DNA of 64,000 nucleotides from Azolla caroliniana (Eukaryota > Plantae > Polypodiophyta). The stretch lies in assembly GCA_043228905.1 (NCBI GenBank), contig JBHGNT010000012.1, forward strand, positions 11,594,001 to 11,658,000, written 5' to 3'. This document shows positions 60,901-64,000 of the stretch, one piece after another. The notes under the pieces were generated by a model. That model made no database searches. It was given only the letters and a program-made list of their open reading frames with translations, and had not been told where the DNA came from. The translations under genes were made by a program, and so were the position numbers. Within the stretch, counting starts at the first letter, position 1. The number at the start of each line of letters is the position of its first letter.

Positions 60901-62890
60901 TAAGGCTCGCCAAGGATGACAAGATGTGATGCCGATTCTTGTACAAAAAAGTGTTGATCATGCTCAACGTCACCAATAGTTACCTTAACGTTAGGGCAGG
61001 CCCCATGAAGCTCTTCCATCGCCCTAGTTGCCGCTCGAATCTTCCACCCATGCCTAGTATTAATGGGCCAACGACCCTTTCAATAGAAGTCAAGAGACAT
61101 GAGGTTGATCTCCGAGCCATGATCAATGAGTGCCACCATTGAATCTTTCAAATCTCCCATCCGCACCAGTGTCTCGGTAGTAGCCCTAGCCCAATGTGGC
61201 CTTGCAAAATGGCTATCGACAAATTCTTGTTCAGTTTCAAGACCTTCCATTCTGATAGAGCTCATCGAGACATTTGTTGGTCTAGTCCCTTCTTCACTTG
61301 TCGTTAGTCTCTTCCTTTTTATTAAGTCAATGATGATATCATGAAATTCTTTCTTTGCAATTCCTAAGACCTCTCGTAGTGTGAACTCGATTCGGCTATC
61401 TAGGATTCTTTCTTCCATCACACGCTTAAGGTCGGTGGATTGCTCTATCTCCGAGCGTAGTTTGAATGTTGGTATGATTCTTTCCTTCCCTCTTTCGGTT
61501 ATCGTTTGGGGCGGTGATGATTCCTCCCTTCTTCGAACAGCTTCTCTTGTGTCATGTTTCTTTGAAGGGCCTGTTTGGTCATTTGGTCTTTTTCGTTTCT
61601 CTTCAACTAGGACGTCGTAGTTTTGACACATGGCCTCGACGAAGCTAGACTTCTCCTCCACAGGGTCCTCCCATCCCGTCATTTCTTGAACTCTTCGTTC
61701 TACTTTGAGTGCCTCGTTCATGCGGAGCTTCCCTTTTCCGACTTGATTCGATATGATTGGCTAAAATTCTCCTACTTGAGATTCTTGGGCTCTCGTCTCG
61801 TGTCCAGCCCGAATTCCAACTGATGAGGAATAGTAAAAACTTCTTCCATTTCCTCCATCAACTTCTTCATACCTCCTCAGCCGAAGTTGGTGTTGAGAGG
61901 ACGTTGTGTAACCGAGGAGTGAATCCGATTGTTGGAGAGATAAATGATATCTCGTCGGAGGGCATTTTGGAAATTCTGAGCCATCTCTCCGCTGGTGTTC
62001 CAAGGAATCACACCAAATACACCTACGAGGAAAGTCCAAGCGATGACCCGGAAAACTTTGAGTTTCCTCCTTTCTAATTTGAGAAATTCTCATCTCGCGA
62101 AGCATGTCTACAAGTTCATCCATTCTGGCTCCATCTATGGGTTGAGCCACTTCATCATCCCTCAGTCTTTGGGCTTGTGGTTCTTGTCTCGCATTGTGAG
62201 CTTGTCGGCCAATTTGAGTTGCAACATTTGATCTTGTCTCGTTGTCCCATTGTCGACGCTTATCAAAACGTCCACATGCTCTCTTCACTACTGCCAAGTC
62301 AGAAATGAGGCCTTCATCATTCTCTAATAGTAGCCCAAGATCTCTTCGATCTTTCTCATCTACTGATTTAATAAATAGGAGTACCTTGCTAGAATCAAGA
62401 ATTGTTTTGTCAAGTGCAGGCAGACGATCAAATCTTTGCTTGAACTCGTGGAGCGTCGCACTCGCACTCAACTCTTTGTTAGAAGACTCCACCCAGTCCA
62501 TTAAATATTTCTTCGTCATTCGAGATGAGTCACCAAACCCATATTCTTCAAGTAAACTTTGTTCGAAAGATGACCATTCAGGATTGACCTCTTGTAGCTC
62601 TAGGACCCGAGAGTAAAGACTTGAAGTTACAATCCTTGAGAAGCTTGCCACTTGTCTTGCCATAAAAATACCCTTTTTCCGCATTTCTGTTTTGCAGGTT
62701 TCAAGGTATCATGTCACATCTCTACCATCAAAGCATCTGTTGGCATCCACGATCCTATCGATGGCAACGTCAAGGCCTGCGACGTTGTCTCTCTCTTGAA
62801 GCATTTGGTCCATCATCCTCGCCATTGCTTGTGCTAGACTATCATTAGAGTCTCTAGCACTTGAAGTTCCGGCCATCCTCCCTTGTCGTT
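57916..62890 (-). pseudogene. Degenerate non-chromovirus Ty3/gypsy gag-pol
   Basis: CIWCDSLEHQRRD knuckle relic, LIDHGSEINL protease, DLYSGYDQ and PFLDDIPIKG RT, ETDCLP RNase H, GHRG..YWW..CESCQ integrase. Confidence 0.9.
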
Positions 62891-63423
62891 CTTCACGTTG
62901 GGTTCACCAATTAATGTCGCGGAAATCCGCGCCTGCGGGTCGGTCGAACGGGACCACCGGGATCTTTGACCAAGGAGGATGAACAGGCACTAGACAGCAC
63001 CGGACACAGACGAAAACGGAGAAGAAGATAAAAACACATAGAGACGGCGATCGAGACAACCAGACGCAAAAAAGGAACGGCCGGAATACTCGGACACAGA
63101 GATGGGAACATCGGCGGCCAAACAACGCTACAATTAAGATGGCCTTCACAACAGCCAGAGCGGCGGCGGCCAAGCAGAAGCAATCGGATAAATGACGACC
63201 AGACGAACAGAAATGTCCCGGAATGGCGGGAAACCAGCCGGAATACCCGGACATTGGCCCGAGTGGTCATGGCAGCCAGATAGTGGCTGGAGGGTCGGAC
63301 AAGGCCTGGGAAACAGTCAAGAAGACTAACGACCAGATAGCGACCAAGAAGACCGACGATGGAACGACGCCGACGGTGCTAGAGATGGCAACCACAGATG
63401 ACAACAGATGGATGCCTGGAAAG

Positions 63424-63466
63424 TCGAATGGCCGGCCGAATGGATGGCCGAATGGATGGCCAAACG
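63424..63466. repeat. 12-bp minisatellite GGCCGAATGGAT, about 3.5 copies
   Basis: Directly visible. Confidence 0.8.
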
Positions 63467-64000
63467 GTAGGAGCGATGAACAACAGCGGCCAACACAGAA
63501 CGACAGAAATGAAAATGGGCAAAGAAAGACGGTTGAATAGAGGCTGGATAACGACCATACTGACAACCTCCGATTGAGAAAGAGAAAAACGACCACCATC
63601 CAGACATGGTTGTTGATTATGGCGGCCGCATGGATGACGGCTAAACAAATATGCAGAAGTAGACGGACAGAGAACCAACTCAGAGCGATAGAGAAGGTGA
63701 AGGAATAGTTGAGATGAGGAAAATGGAACAGAAGAAGTAGAAAGAGGAGGAAGAGGAAGTTAAAAGCTGAGGCAAACGGCTAAGAAGGAACGGCAAGAAT
63801 GAGAGAGCATAAGAAGAAACAGAACCAGGAGAGAAAGAGAAGAAAAGCAGACAGAAAACAGAAAAAAGAGGGCAAAATGAAGATAAGGGCATCTGAAGAA
63901 TTTCGAAAAATGTGATGGCAATGTCAAAATTTTAATAATCTAAGGGCATAACACGCAAATTTCATAAATATAAGGGTACAAAATTTTTAAAAACAAAAAA

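Noticed and set aside
24960-64000. One giant Mutator-like element bounded by the TACCC and GGGTA arrays near 25 kb and 64 kb
   Set aside because: Only generic motif similarity; no alignable TIRs, TSD or transposase, and the right end runs off the window.

Overview
Eukaryotic, transposon-dense window, most likely from a non-seed land plant (inferred from Tcn1-type chromoviruses, Met-primed Copia elements and a plastid-type decarboxylase). Bases 1-20273 are a CCGG-rich 54-bp tandem array with higher-order structure. It runs directly into the promoter half of a Ty1/copia 5' LTR, so it appears to be an expansion inside that LTR. The array is interrupted at 10343-16061 by an intact, very young Tcn1/Tf1-sushi-like Ty3/gypsy chromovirus (TSD CCGGA). 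That element shows a self-priming site, a -1 frameshift signal, a heat-shock-element array and an antisense tRNA-like A/B box in its LTR. The same LTR layout recurs in a divergent LTR at 45187-45747. The only host gene is an apparently intronless fold-type-I Orn/Lys/Arg decarboxylase (29281-31050, minus strand). The rest is nested, decayed Copia and Gypsy elements plus a non-autonomous hAT element. All calls were made by eye; no searches or folding programs were run.
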